Positions 1 to 9,423 are shown, counted from the first letter of the stretch. The stretch is DNA of 64,000 nt from Kiritimatiellia bacterium (GCA_046483125.1 JAWODU010000119.1:1584-65583), one strand, 5' to 3'. Made by a program: numbers and translations. The notes: generated by a model not told the origin, from the sequence alone.

Positions 1-780
1 GCCGCCGATTTCAAACCCGGTCACCGAATCAACGTCGTTACTCCGCGAAGCGTCCAGGTTGTCATCGTCGTTCGCCCAAGTGAACGCGCCAACGCCCAGA
101 TAGGCTTTGCCTTCACGGGAGAAGTCGCCCTGCGAAGGCTTATCCCAACCCATGGGATGTATAGCCAGGCGGGCCCCCGCCATCGGTCCTTCGCTCCAGT
201 CATCGCCCCTGTTCAACGACGCAATGGTGTCGAAATCCAGCTTCTTGTTACTCGGATCCTGTCCGCCTTCGGCCAGAGAAAGACCCCAGGCAACCGTCTT
301 GCTGTCATTGTTTCCCGTAAGGTGAATACCGGCCTGCCGGTCCGGGGTACCGTAGTTGTGGTCGCCCACAAACGTACGCTCGACCAACTGCTGTTTTTTC
401 GACGAGGTAAGCTTTTCACGGGAAAACGGGAAGTTCATATTCCCGATCCCGATTGCCACCCCTTCGAACTCCTTGTATTGCAGGTAGCAATCCTTGATTT
501 CCACTTTTCCCTTGCCCATGTCCCATTGCCACTTGCCCTTCCAGCCGGAGTGCGTCGAACCTTCTATGTAAGGACGCAAACGGCGAAAACGAAGTTCGTC
601 CTCGCTGTCTCCATCATCCGGATCTTCCGAATGGTATTGAAGCTGTATGCGCCCGCCGAGTTTTATGTAGTCGCCGTCTTCGTTTTTATATTTTACTCCG
701 CCGGCGAAAGCCGACATTGCCGTTGCCGCGCTGATGAGCAAAGCAACAGCCATATTCATGAACTTAACTTTATGTTTCAT
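1..780 (-). CDS. Phosphate-selective porin O/P (OprO/OprP) family outer-membrane protein, 5' partial; gene runs off the left edge with no stop in the window
   Basis: Absent from ORF track. The minus-strand frame from ATG at 780..778 stays open to position 1 (260 codons, checked codon by codon). The N-terminus MKHKVKFMNMAVALLISAATAMSAFA looks like a signal peptide. Downstream motifs GGRIQLQY, ELRFRRLRPYIEG and WQWDMGKGKVEIKDCYLQYK resemble OprO/P porins. A GGAG sits 7 nt upstream. Confidence 0.55.
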   Translation of the reverse strand, partial: MKHKVKFMNMAVALLISAATAMSAFAGGVKYKNEDGDYIKLGGRIQLQYHSEDPDDGDSEDELRFRRLRPYIEGSTHSGWKGKWQWDMGKGKVEIKDCYLQYKEFEGVAIGIGNMNFPFSREKLTSSKKQQLVERTFVGDHNYGTPDRQAGIHLTGNNDSKTVAWGLSLAEGGQDPSNKKLDFDTIASLNRGDDWSEGPMAGARLAIHPMGWDKPSQGDFSREGKAYLGVGAFTWANDDDNLDASRSNDVDSVTGFEIGG

Positions 781-797
781 TCTTGTCTCCAATACTT

Positions 798-813
798 CTG
801 TGAATACCTGTAA
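798..813 (-). promoter_or_regulatory. Possible Pho-box-like direct repeat (CTGTGAA tacc TGTAAT) about 20-35 nt upstream of the porin ATG
   Basis: Two CTGTNA / TNACAG half-sites sit 11 bp apart immediately upstream of a phosphate-porin gene. Orientation is reversed relative to canonical E. coli Pho boxes, so this is weak. Confidence 0.2.
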
Positions 814-1067
814 TTTGTTTACCAACAGATCTCGTGCTCTACTTCACATGCTCCTGACAGCGTCCCGGTTTCCGCATCACCTCCTTCCGCGTCAATTTGC
901 GGTCCGACTGCCGATCGGCAATCAGTACCGAATGCCGTGGATTGAAAAATCAGCCGGTTAATGAAAAGTGAGCGGATTGTCAGAATTGTGTTAACCCGTA
1001 CTCAGAATTGCCGGAGACCCGATACGGAGCGGTTATGAAGAGAAATGGGAACAACGCAAGGTAACAG

Positions 1068-1126
1068 AAAACCCTGAACTTGGGACCGGGAACCTTGAAC
1101 CCCAGGCGGATTTCAAGTCCGTTTGG
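1068..1126. repeat. Family E motif copy 1 (GAACCTTGAACCCCAGGCGGATTTCAAGTCCG) with anticodon-arm-like hairpin GCGGA-TTTCAAG-TCCG
   Basis: About 35 nt are near-identical to 31225..31268. A 5 bp stem with 7 nt loop is visible in the sequence. Confidence 0.7.
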
Positions 1127-1132
1127 ATGGTT

Positions 1133-2359
1133 TTATGAAATGCGGTTTCTGAAACGGTCCATCAATTCCAGCATTGTCTCCCTGAGGCCGAAAAGATCCG
1201 TTTGAAACTTGCGCAGTTCTTCAGAGGCCAGAATTTTTTTCTCGGCCACCACGCGGGAAAGCGCGAGAGACCTTTCCAGGTACCTTAATGCCCGCTTGAG
1301 GGAGGCTACCACAAATCCGCCTTCAGGCCCGGTGTCATATGCGAGGTGATCCAGCGCCCCTGCCAGTTTGGCGCTCAGTGTCTGTGCTTCAAATATCATA
1401 TCCCTCAGGTCCCTGTCGCCCCCGGGACCCAGCAAACCCCTGTTCCGGCACGAGTGCCACATGGCCATGGCCACATGAAACGCCCTGTTGGTCAACGGGT
1501 GAGTAATACGGCCTCGCTTCGTCCTTATCCAGTCAACACCCTCGGTCACGGGGTTCGGCTCCGGATGTGCGGTTTCTTCAATATATTCCTCGTCCTTTTC
1601 AATCACGCCCCGTTCTTCGGCATCCAGCGCGTCGTCAAGCCATTCCCATCCCATTTCCCGTACTATAAGTTTTTCGCGTTCGGGGTTGCCGGCGTATTTT
1701 TCGAAGAGCGCTGAAAATTTTTCAGTAAGTGCGTCGGATTCCTCAAGGCTCTTTTTCCACTCGAATTCGTCCATCGGCTCGTCGTCTTCCTCGACAGGGT
1801 AATCATCATCTTCATGCCATTCGTCTTCATCCATCTCCATGAATTCCGACGAAGGAAGAAAACGCCCGATCCACTCCCTTAAAGCCTCGCGATTACGGTC
1901 CAACTGCGCCTCCTCATCCGAAGCGGTCATCCGCCATTCCCCGGCGGACATCTCTTTTACGCGAAAGGCCGTGGATTCTACGACGACCCTTCCGTTCGCC
2001 TCGCTGAACCATTCCATATACAGGCAGTTCTCGGTGCGCAGAGGTATGTGCTTGCCTTTTTCTTCAAGATGGCAGGCTTCCAGGGGCGAACAGGCCGGCA
2101 CTTTTACCTTACGCGAGGCGGTGATATCACCGGCTATTCCCGTCTGCGTGCCGGCCAGCATATCCGCACTTTTTTCCGGTTCCGCTCCATTCCGCTCCAG
2201 AATAACGCGGTAACCGGCTATGTCCCTGAGGCAATTACCGGCAAGCAATAGTTCTATGGGCAAATCCCTTCCGGCCAGCCAGAGACGCCCCTTAACGCGG
2301 TCACGCCTGCGGTTATCTATTTCTATCCCCTTTACACCGCTGTCGAGTCTCAAGGCCAT
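1133..2359 (-). CDS. Hypothetical protein with a strongly acidic central segment (DEDEWHEDDDYPVEEDDEPMDEFEW)
   Basis: Long ORF with coding-like composition. No family recognised. Confidence 0.4.
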   Translation of the reverse strand: MALRLDSGVKGIEIDNRRRDRVKGRLWLAGRDLPIELLLAGNCLRDIAGYRVILERNGAEPEKSADMLAGTQTGIAGDITASRKVKVPACSPLEACHLEEKGKHIPLRTENCLYMEWFSEANGRVVVESTAFRVKEMSAGEWRMTASDEEAQLDRNREALREWIGRFLPSSEFMEMDEDEWHEDDDYPVEEDDEPMDEFEWKKSLEESDALTEKFSALFEKYAGNPEREKLIVREMGWEWLDDALDAEERGVIEKDEEYIEETAHPEPNPVTEGVDWIRTKRGRITHPLTNRAFHVAMAMWHSCRNRGLLGPGGDRDLRDMIFEAQTLSAKLAGALDHLAYDTGPEGGFVVASLKRALRYLERSLALSRVVAEKKILASEELRKFQTDLFGLRETMLELMDRFRNRIS

Positions 2360-2393
2360 TGCCGAACCCGGGTCTGTGAGTAAGTAAATCAGG

Positions 2394-2723
2394 TCAAATG
2401 CTTTGCGACAGTTTTTCCTTGATCGCCGCCTTGCCCAAGGCCCCTACCATCTGGTCCTTCACAGCACCGTCCTTAAAAACAAGCAAAGTGGGAATGGACC
2501 GTATGCCGAATTGCGCCGCAATCTGCTGGTTTTCATCCACATTCACCTTCGCAATCCTGACTTTGCCGTCCATTTCAGCGGAAATTTCTTCGAGAACAGG
2601 GGCTATCATGCGGCACGGACCGCACCATTCGGCCCAGAAATCCACGACCACGGGAATATCGCATTCAAGCACTTCGCTCTGCCAGTTCTCCTGGTTGATG
2701 TGAATTATTTTACCCTCTCCCAT
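2394..2723 (-). CDS. trxA: Thioredoxin
   Basis: WCGPC active site in FWAEWCGPCRMIAPVLEE. Length 109 aa. Confidence 0.9.
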   Translation of the reverse strand: MGEGKIIHINQENWQSEVLECDIPVVVDFWAEWCGPCRMIAPVLEEISAEMDGKVRIAKVNVDENQQIAAQFGIRSIPTLLVFKDGAVKDQMVGALGKAAIKEKLSQSI

Positions 2724-2790
2724 AACAGCGCTCCTTTACTCCTGTACCTTCCGCAGTTGATCAATGTTCCGTGCCGCCTGAATTCTTTCC

Positions 2791-3915
2791 TTACTTTTGT
2801 ATCTTATTCGGCCACGGGAGATCCATGCCCGGGGCTCCGTAGGACAACTGGGTCAGTGAAATATTCGGCCCGAAGGTCTGGGCCGCCAGCATCCAGATGG
2901 TTACGCATATGACCAGTACGGCCGCGACCGCAAAAACAGGGAATACCACGCTCGGCTGTTCAACCGGAGCCTGCACCTGCTGTTGAGCCTTTGCCGCCGA
3001 TTCCTGCTGTTGGTCGCGCGATATCTTGATGCCTTTGGCGCCCTTTTTTCCCGGCCCCCGCGCAACTTTAATCGTTTTGCGCTTTGTAGGCGTCTGCCCT
3101 TCTGTCTCCGGAGGCGCCGCCTCGTCAAGCTGAGTAGTCTGATCCTTGGTCTGGCCCGCCGAAGGCACAGGCGCCGACGGCTTGCCCTGGGCGACCTTCA
3201 CGGTGCCCGCCTCCGTGGGCGGCTTGAGTTTTATGGTCTTGGGTCCGGAGCCCCCTCCTCCAGACTCCTTCGAATCACTCTCGGAAAGTACCGCGTCAAG
3301 CGAAATCCTGGACGTCTTCCTTTTTTCATCGCCTTCTTCGCCGGCCCCGCCCGCCGCCGGAGCCTTCTGTGCCTGGGCAGACGGAGGCTGAGCGCCGGCT
3401 TTCTGTTGCGCCTTGGGCTGTAAACGGACGGTTTTCGGTTCACCTGCCGTCTGTTCTTTGGCCTCTTCACCGGCCTCGGGTTCCTGCTTGTTGAGAGCTC
3501 TGGCTATATCGAGGGGTATCTTGGAAGTTTCTTTCTTAGCGGAAGATTTGGGGCCTATCCCGCGCTTCACGCCCCCGCCCGGAGCAGACGCGGGGGGTTT
3601 ACCGCCCGCGGAAGGCGGCTTCTGCATTTTGACGGTCGGACTCCCCGCCTCCTGCGAAGGTTTGGAAGCGGGGGTCTGTCCCGCGTCCTGTCCCGCGTCC
3701 TGCTCTTCCGGCTTTTCTTCCGGAACCTGGATATGCATCGTTTGCGAAAATTCGTCGCCTCCCTGTGCCGCTGACGGCTTGGGGGCATCCGCGTCGACGC
3801 TTTTTGAAGGTTCGGCGCCGGCAGGCGTCGACTCGCCGTTTCCCTGAGGCCGGATATTCAGCTTTGGAGGTACCGCGGAAGGTCCTTTTTCCTTATTGTT
3901 CGGGTCTTGCGCCAT
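2791..3915 (-). CDS. Hypothetical low-complexity Pro/Ala/Lys/Gln-rich protein with a single C-terminal transmembrane helix (tail-anchored)
   Basis: About 320 aa of disordered PKPSAAQGG / KAPAAGGAG-type sequence precede a hydrophobic VVFPVFAVAAVLVICVTIWMLAA near the C-terminus. Confidence 0.45.
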   Translation of the reverse strand: MAQDPNNKEKGPSAVPPKLNIRPQGNGESTPAGAEPSKSVDADAPKPSAAQGGDEFSQTMHIQVPEEKPEEQDAGQDAGQTPASKPSQEAGSPTVKMQKPPSAGGKPPASAPGGGVKRGIGPKSSAKKETSKIPLDIARALNKQEPEAGEEAKEQTAGEPKTVRLQPKAQQKAGAQPPSAQAQKAPAAGGAGEEGDEKRKTSRISLDAVLSESDSKESGGGGSGPKTIKLKPPTEAGTVKVAQGKPSAPVPSAGQTKDQTTQLDEAAPPETEGQTPTKRKTIKVARGPGKKGAKGIKISRDQQQESAAKAQQQVQAPVEQPSVVFPVFAVAAVLVICVTIWMLAAQTFGPNISLTQLSYGAPGMDLPWPNKIQK

Positions 3916-4165
3916 GTCAGCCTCCGGTGTTAATCAGATGCGTTCCACACACATATTTAAACTACCACTACCGCCGTAAACAGTCAAACAGCTTTTCCAG
4001 ATCCGGGCTAGCCAGCCTGTCTCTGCGGTGCTTCGCCTTAGTCCGGACTCCCTTGCTGAGGTCGGGACGAAGGCGGGTTGATCCTGTCTAAAGTTCTTCT
4101 CCTTTTTTGTGACTTTTTGTGCCTTTTTGCGGCTAGTCTTCCTCATGTGCACGGTCTCGAGCCGC

Positions 4166-4729
4166 CTACACGGCCATGATTTCCTTTTCCCTGGCCTCCA
4201 GGGACCTGTCTATTTCCGCGGTATGCGCATCCGTACGTTTCTGGATGTCATCCAGCGCCTGCTTTCTGTCATCCTCGGTAATTTTACCGTCTTTCTGAAG
4301 GCTTTTAATTGTGTCGTTGGCCTCGCGTCTGACATTTCTGACGGCTACCCGCCCCTCTTCCGCTATCCTTTTGGCTACTTTTGTCATTTCCGTTCTGCGT
4401 TCTTCATTCAGCGGAGGAATGGGTACGCGAACGACTCTCCCGTCGTTCGCGGGTGTTACACCGAGGTTGGCGGCAAGAATCGCCTTTTCTATTTCAGGCA
4501 GTGCCGTGGGGTCATACGGACTAATAACAATCAGCCTGGGTTCCGGGGTCGCGATTCCGGCTATTTCTTTCAATCGCGTAGGATTGCCGTAATATGAAAC
4601 GGATATATTTTCAACAAGAGCGGGCGAAGCCTTACCCGTTCTGATGCCGGAAAACTGTTCGTGCATCAGACTCAAGCTCTTGGACATTTTCTGGTCTGCG
4701 TCTTTGATAACCTGATCCAGCGATTCCAT
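4166..4729 (-). CDS. frr: Ribosome recycling factor
   Basis: 187 aa with a full-length Frr match (ENISVSYYGNPTRLKEIAGIATPEPRLIVISPYD). Confidence 0.95.
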   Translation of the reverse strand: MESLDQVIKDADQKMSKSLSLMHEQFSGIRTGKASPALVENISVSYYGNPTRLKEIAGIATPEPRLIVISPYDPTALPEIEKAILAANLGVTPANDGRVVRVPIPPLNEERRTEMTKVAKRIAEEGRVAVRNVRREANDTIKSLQKDGKITEDDRKQALDDIQKRTDAHTAEIDRSLEAREKEIMAV

Positions 4730-4753
4730 AATACCTCCCGTGGATTTTGGGTT

Positions 4754-4788
4754 TTCAGTATTCAGTGTTCAGTGTTCAGTGTTCAGCA
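4754..4788. repeat. Heptanucleotide tandem repeat TTCAGTG x5 (CACTGAA on the coding strand) in the frr 5' leader
   Basis: ttcagta ttcagtg ttcagtg ttcagtg ttcagca lies 25-60 nt upstream of the frr ATG. Confidence 0.8.
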
Positions 4789-4834
4789 GTCCGGCCGGAA
4801 ACGGGGCACCAGGTAACGGCCGGCGGAATAGACC

Positions 4835-5545
4835 CTATGCCGACACCAGAGTACCCACATCCTCTCCGTTCAGCGCTTTTTCAAGCATCCCTTCTTTTTC
4901 AAAGTTGAATACCACTATGGGAATGCCGTTTTCCCTGCAAATGGAAAATGCCGCCGCGTCCATCACCTTCAGCGACTTCCTTATGGCTTCGTCATAACTG
5001 AGATTCCTGTAAAAGCGCGCATCGGGGTCCTTCTCGGGGTCGGAGGAGTATACTCCGTCCACCTTGGTAGCCTTGAGCAGAACATCGGCTCGCATTTCAC
5101 TCGCTCTTAATGCAGCGGCACTATCGGTGCTGAAATAAGGATTCCCGGTGCCGCCGGCGAAGATAACCGCACGGCCTGCTGTAAAGTGATCCTCGGCGCC
5201 GCGAACAGTAAATGTTTCGGCGACTTCCGCCGTTTCAATTGCCGAGAGTACCCGTGCGCCGCATCCTGAATTACGCAGGAGAGATTCCAGAACGAGGCTG
5301 TTAATAACGGTAGCCAGCATACCTATATAGTCGCCCTTCAAACGGCTGATTCCGCTGTCCCCGCTTCCCGCTCCTCTGAAAATATTGCCCCCGCCAGTCA
5401 CTACGCCGACCTCGACACCTTTCTTCACCGCATTGCGGATCTCGCGGCAAAGACGGTTAACGGCTCCAAAATCAAATACCAGCCCCCCGCTTTTGTTTCC
5501 GAAAGCCTCTCCGCTCAACTTTAACAGCACTCTCTTATACTTCAT
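4835..5545 (-). CDS. pyrH: UMP kinase
   Basis: MKYKRVLLKLSGEAF start and an amino-acid kinase fold. Start chosen at M14 of the longer ORF. Confidence 0.9.
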   Translation of the reverse strand: MKYKRVLLKLSGEAFGNKSGGLVFDFGAVNRLCREIRNAVKKGVEVGVVTGGGNIFRGAGSGDSGISRLKGDYIGMLATVINSLVLESLLRNSGCGARVLSAIETAEVAETFTVRGAEDHFTAGRAVIFAGGTGNPYFSTDSAAALRASEMRADVLLKATKVDGVYSSDPEKDPDARFYRNLSYDEAIRKSLKVMDAAAFSICRENGIPIVVFNFEKEGMLEKALNGEDVGTLVSA

Positions 5546-5672
5546 TCGCGTCAGTACCTCCGAGCAAAAGAAATTCACCGTCACTTTACACCACCCCGGA
5601 GCAGATGGAAAAGCAAAATCGCGGGTCGATTTGCATCGCTTCCATCCCGCCGTGACGCTAAATTATGGAGTG

Positions 5673-6152
5673 ATGAGCTGGCACGTACTGCATCTTAAGC
5701 CGCGCAGTGAAAAGAAAACGGCAAAATACTGCGGTCTCCTCGGCATGGACTGCTACCTTCCTCTCCGCCGTGAAAGCAGGATTTACCAGCGGCGCAAGGT
5801 CGTGGTGGACAAACCGCTGTTTCCGGGCTATCTCTTCGTTTCATTAACCCGCCCGGGGCGGCTCGCTCTGCTCAAAACAAACAACGTACTGCGTGAACTC
5901 TCCGCTCCCGACGATTCACGTCTGCTTTACGAGCTGGACCAGATCAGGAAAGCCTTGAGCGTGGACCCCGCCCTGGGTGCCTGTAAGGCGCTGGAAAAAG
6001 GCAAACGTGTCAGGGTCCGCGGCGGTCCTTTCATGGGCGTAGAGGGCATAGTTTCTTTCAAGGGGAAAACCCGGGTCCGCCTCAATGTTGAGATGATAGG
6101 CCAGGCCGTCGCCGTGGAAGTGGAAGAAGAATGGCTTGAAGTTATCGACTGA
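5673..6152 (+). CDS. NusG-family transcription antiterminator paralog (UpxY/RfaH-like; NGN plus KOW)
   Basis: MSWHVLHLKPRSEKK...KPLFPGYLFV is an NGN domain. The C-terminal KRVRVRGGPFMGVEGIV is a KOW motif. The true start lies inside the longer ORF 5385..6152. Confidence 0.7.
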   Translation: MSWHVLHLKPRSEKKTAKYCGLLGMDCYLPLRRESRIYQRRKVVVDKPLFPGYLFVSLTRPGRLALLKTNNVLRELSAPDDSRLLYELDQIRKALSVDPALGACKALEKGKRVRVRGGPFMGVEGIVSFKGKTRVRLNVEMIGQAVAVEVEEEWLEVID

Positions 6153-6247
6153 CACGGGATACGGGGTAACAGGCCGCAAACAGAGATCAGGGACACAAAC
6201 CGGATCGCACGGTCTAAAACTTTACATATCGATTCTTTCTGGCGGAT

Positions 6248-7210
6248 TCAGCGTCCCGCATCATCGCGATGTCTTCCGTACCACTCAACAAACCGCCCGA
6301 TGCCTTCATCCATGGAAGTAGACGGATTGTACGAGAGCAGTTCTCCGGCTTTTGAAACGTCCGCGCAGGTGACCCTCATGTCACCCGGCTGTGCCGGCTG
6401 AAAGTCCAGTTCCGCTTTCCTCCCCAGTGCATCTTCCAGGAGTTTGACCATTTCGGAAAGAGTCGTGGTCTCGGATTCGCCGAGATTGATGATTTCAAAA
6501 CCGAGGTCGCGGTCTATCGACGCTACTACTCCGTCGATAATATCCGTGTAATAGGTATAGTCCCGTTCAGTGGTGCCGTCACCGAAAAAAGGAACAGGCC
6601 GTCCCTTATCGATAAGCCGCGTAAACTTACTGATAGCCATATCCGGACGCTGGCGCGGACCGTACACGGTAAAGAACCGCAGAGCGGTTACCGATATCCC
6701 GTAAAGCCTGTGGTAGTTTCTGCAGTAAAGTTCTCCGGCAACCTTTGTGGCCGCGTACGGACTCAGAGGATTATCCACGCGGGCATCCTCGGAAAACGGA
6801 ACTTCCCTGCGGCCTCCGTACACGCTTGAAGACGACGCGAACACCACTCGCCGGATACCGTGTCGGCGGACCGCTTCCATCAGGGTCAAGGTTCCCCCGC
6901 AATTCACCTTCTCATACAGGACCGGACTGCTCAGGCTCGCCCTGACGCCTGCCCTGGCGGCCAGATGCACTACCACGTCGAATTTGCGGGAGTCAAAAAT
7001 ATTTTCAAGCAGATCGCCGTCAAGGATATCGCCCTCGATAAAGGTGAACAGTTCGGACGTGCGCGCTTTCTGAAGGTTCGAGATTTTCAAAGCGGGGTCG
7101 TAATAGTCGTTGAGATTGTCCAGGGCCGCCACCTCGTCACCCCTTTCAAGCAGTCTCTCGGACAGATGACTTCCGATGAACCCCGCCCCGCCGGTAACCA
7201 ATACTTTCAT
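6248..7210 (-). CDS. NAD-dependent nucleotide-sugar epimerase/dehydratase (UDP-glucuronate/UDP-GlcNAc 4-epimerase-like)
   Basis: MKVLVTGGAGFIGSHL Rossmann motif and SDR-extended architecture. Confidence 0.85.
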   Translation of the reverse strand: MKVLVTGGAGFIGSHLSERLLERGDEVAALDNLNDYYDPALKISNLQKARTSELFTFIEGDILDGDLLENIFDSRKFDVVVHLAARAGVRASLSSPVLYEKVNCGGTLTLMEAVRRHGIRRVVFASSSSVYGGRREVPFSEDARVDNPLSPYAATKVAGELYCRNYHRLYGISVTALRFFTVYGPRQRPDMAISKFTRLIDKGRPVPFFGDGTTERDYTYYTDIIDGVVASIDRDLGFEIINLGESETTTLSEMVKLLEDALGRKAELDFQPAQPGDMRVTCADVSKAGELLSYNPSTSMDEGIGRFVEWYGRHRDDAGR

Positions 7211-7220
7211 ATCAGCCCTT

Positions 7221-9128
7221 TCAGAATACCACGTTGACGCCCGCCCTGGCCGTCCTGCCGGGCCGCTCCGATCCCGGGAATTCCTCATAAGTCTCGTCGA
7301 AAATATTGTCTACGCCCAGGACAACTTCCTGCCCGAGAAGAGCGAAGCCGCCGTGAAAATCAACGGTTAGATAAGAGCCCATGGTATTCTCAGCGCTGTT
7401 CTGAGCATCGCCGTACCTGTTTCCAACGTACCTGCACTGAACCACGGCATTTGCTGTCTCCAAAACGGCGTACTCAAACGAACAGTTGGCCTTGTGCCGG
7501 GCCAGGTAGGCAAGGCGATTGCCTTCCAACGCCGGATTGGCTCCGAATTCTTCGTATTCCCCGTCGGTAAATGTGTAATTGGCGGAGACAACCATGTTGC
7601 GGCTCATCCTCCAGCGCACACGGGTCTCGACGCCGTAAGTTTCCGCCGCCGTAACGTTCCTGATGCGAAATACTCCGTCGTCTTCAAGGAGAAAGTCAAA
7701 TGAATCTCTCATGTCGTTGTAAAAACCGACAATTTCCGTCCTCACCGGTGATTGCCTGCCGTACCTGACCCCCGCTTCATAAGCCTTCAGCGTTTCCGGT
7801 TCGAGGTCGGGATTTCCTTCAAAAAGCATGCCGTTGTATTCCTGCTTGACGTAACGGTCGGAAAGGGCCGGTTCCCGATGGGCCATATTCGCCGAGGCAA
7901 AGATCCCGACTGCACCCGCAGGTCTACAGAAAAAGCCTACTCTGGGACTCAGCCTGGAACCGAAATCAGAGCTGTAATCCTGCCTCACACCGGCAATGAC
8001 GCGGAAAACATCCGCAAGATACAATTCATCCTGGCAGTAAAACCCGAACACAGACGTCCGTTCGTCTATGGGTCCGGTAGCTTCCTCAATGTCTACGTTG
8101 TCGCTTCTGCCGTCCACGCCGACGACGGCAAAGTTGTTCTCCCCTGTCCAGAGCGACTGCTGGATTTCCCCGCCCAGGGTGTACTGATCGTAAATGCCTT
8201 CTCCGGGATATTTCCAATCGTATTCGTGTTTCCGGAAATCCCGGTAAAGCCGCGTCGTAAAAGACGCGTCCCTCTTTCCGCCCCGGTTCCACCGGTACAG
8301 CACGCCTTCGTGGTCCTTTCTAGTGTCCTGCTCGAAATTTTCCGCTGTGCCCCCGGCCGTCAGCGCCCCGAGGAAAAGGCGTATTTCCGAGTTGTCGGTG
8401 ATCTGCCATCCCGCGTTACCTTCGATACTCTGAGCGATCCAGTCCCTGTCCGTTCCGTCCGAATTATCCGTGTAGCCGTCCGTCCTGACATCGGACACGG
8501 TTATGAAACAGTCCAGCGCCTCTTTTCGGTAGCCGCTGGAAATCCGGTTGTGCCAGGTGTTGTGACTGCCGCCGGAAACCATGATTTCCGTGCCGGGCCT
8601 GGTTTTACCCCTCCTGGTTACAATATTGATAACCCCGCCCATGGCGTTGGACCCGTAAATCGCCGAAGCGGGACCCCGGACGATTTCCACCCGTTCTATA
8701 CTGTCGGCGGTAAGGAGAGAAAGCTCGGCTGTGCCCTGGTACTGTTCATTGATCCGCCGCCCGTCGATAAGCACCAGGACCCGTTTCGTGCCGTAACCCG
8801 GCGTCAGACCCCGCATATTCAGCCTCACCTCCTCGCCCGGAAAACCGCCTCCCTGTAAATCAATTCCCACGGCGTTTTTAAAGAGTTTGGCGAGCGTCAC
8901 CGGCGCCGCCCGCCGTATGGCGGCGCTGTCTATAACCTGTACGCCGGCAGGCACGTCGAATACATCCTTCTTTACGCGCGAAGCCGTAATAATAATATCT
9001 TCTCCGTCCCCGCCTGAACCGTACGCGGTACAGGACAGGAGGAGAGCCGTCAGCACCGGACAAAACCCGAACCTGCCGGAGCCGTGCCTGCTTTCAGAAC
9101 AGTTCGCCTTCGCTTTCGTTTGCTTCAT
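7221..9128 (-). CDS. TonB-dependent outer-membrane receptor
   Basis: Signal peptide and a plug domain (DIIITASRVKKDVFDVPAGVQVID) are present. The protein is 22-strand-barrel length and ends in a C-terminal aromatic (..NVVF). Confidence 0.8.
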   Translation of the reverse strand: MKQTKAKANCSESRHGSGRFGFCPVLTALLLSCTAYGSGGDGEDIIITASRVKKDVFDVPAGVQVIDSAAIRRAAPVTLAKLFKNAVGIDLQGGGFPGEEVRLNMRGLTPGYGTKRVLVLIDGRRINEQYQGTAELSLLTADSIERVEIVRGPASAIYGSNAMGGVINIVTRRGKTRPGTEIMVSGGSHNTWHNRISSGYRKEALDCFITVSDVRTDGYTDNSDGTDRDWIAQSIEGNAGWQITDNSEIRLFLGALTAGGTAENFEQDTRKDHEGVLYRWNRGGKRDASFTTRLYRDFRKHEYDWKYPGEGIYDQYTLGGEIQQSLWTGENNFAVVGVDGRSDNVDIEEATGPIDERTSVFGFYCQDELYLADVFRVIAGVRQDYSSDFGSRLSPRVGFFCRPAGAVGIFASANMAHREPALSDRYVKQEYNGMLFEGNPDLEPETLKAYEAGVRYGRQSPVRTEIVGFYNDMRDSFDFLLEDDGVFRIRNVTAAETYGVETRVRWRMSRNMVVSANYTFTDGEYEEFGANPALEGNRLAYLARHKANCSFEYAVLETANAVVQCRYVGNRYGDAQNSAENTMGSYLTVDFHGGFALLGQEVVLGVDNIFDETYEEFPGSERPGRTARAGVNVVF

Positions 9129-9423
9129 TTTCCCCTCCGTCACGAGTTTCGGCGTTCGAATCTTCATCTTCAAACGGTACTGTTTCCAGTTTGCCGTCTT
9201 TTTTTACCAGCATTTCGATTTTGCGCTCCACTTCGTTCAGTTTCCCGTTACAGAACTTCAACAGCGCCTGCCCTTCCTCGAAACGGGCGACCATCTCCTC
9301 CAGCCCCATGTTCCCGCTTTCCATGTCGCCGACGATTGTTTCGAGTTTTTCCAGGGCCTGTTCAAAAGTAATTTTTTCCGATGAAGTCCCCTCAGTTTTT
9401 CCCGGAGTCTTTTTCTTTGCCAT
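9094..9423 (-). CDS. xseB: Exodeoxyribonuclease VII small subunit with acidic C-terminal tail
   Basis: EQALEKLETIVGDMESGNMGLEEMVARFEEGQALLKFC matches XseB. The 3' end overlaps the TonB-receptor start by about 35 nt. Confidence 0.8.
   Translation of the reverse strand: MAKKKTPGKTEGTSSEKITFEQALEKLETIVGDMESGNMGLEEMVARFEEGQALLKFCNGKLNEVERKIEMLVKKDGKLETVPFEDEDSNAETRDGGENEANESEGELF

Noticed and set aside
157-813. 218-aa plus-strand ORF at the left edge
   Set aside because: It is antisense to the well-supported porin reading frame, which has a signal peptide and porin motifs. Its composition is atypical.
3934-4152. 72-aa Lys-rich minus-strand ORF downstream of frr
   Set aside because: No start context or homology. 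It lies in a T-rich spacer and is likely non-coding.
7752-8858. Long antisense ORFs inside genes (7752..8858 in the TonB receptor, 34355..35431 in yidC, 29085..29795, 21211..21531 and others)
   Set aside because: High-GC genomes produce long spurious antisense frames. Each overlaps a gene with clear homology on the other strand.
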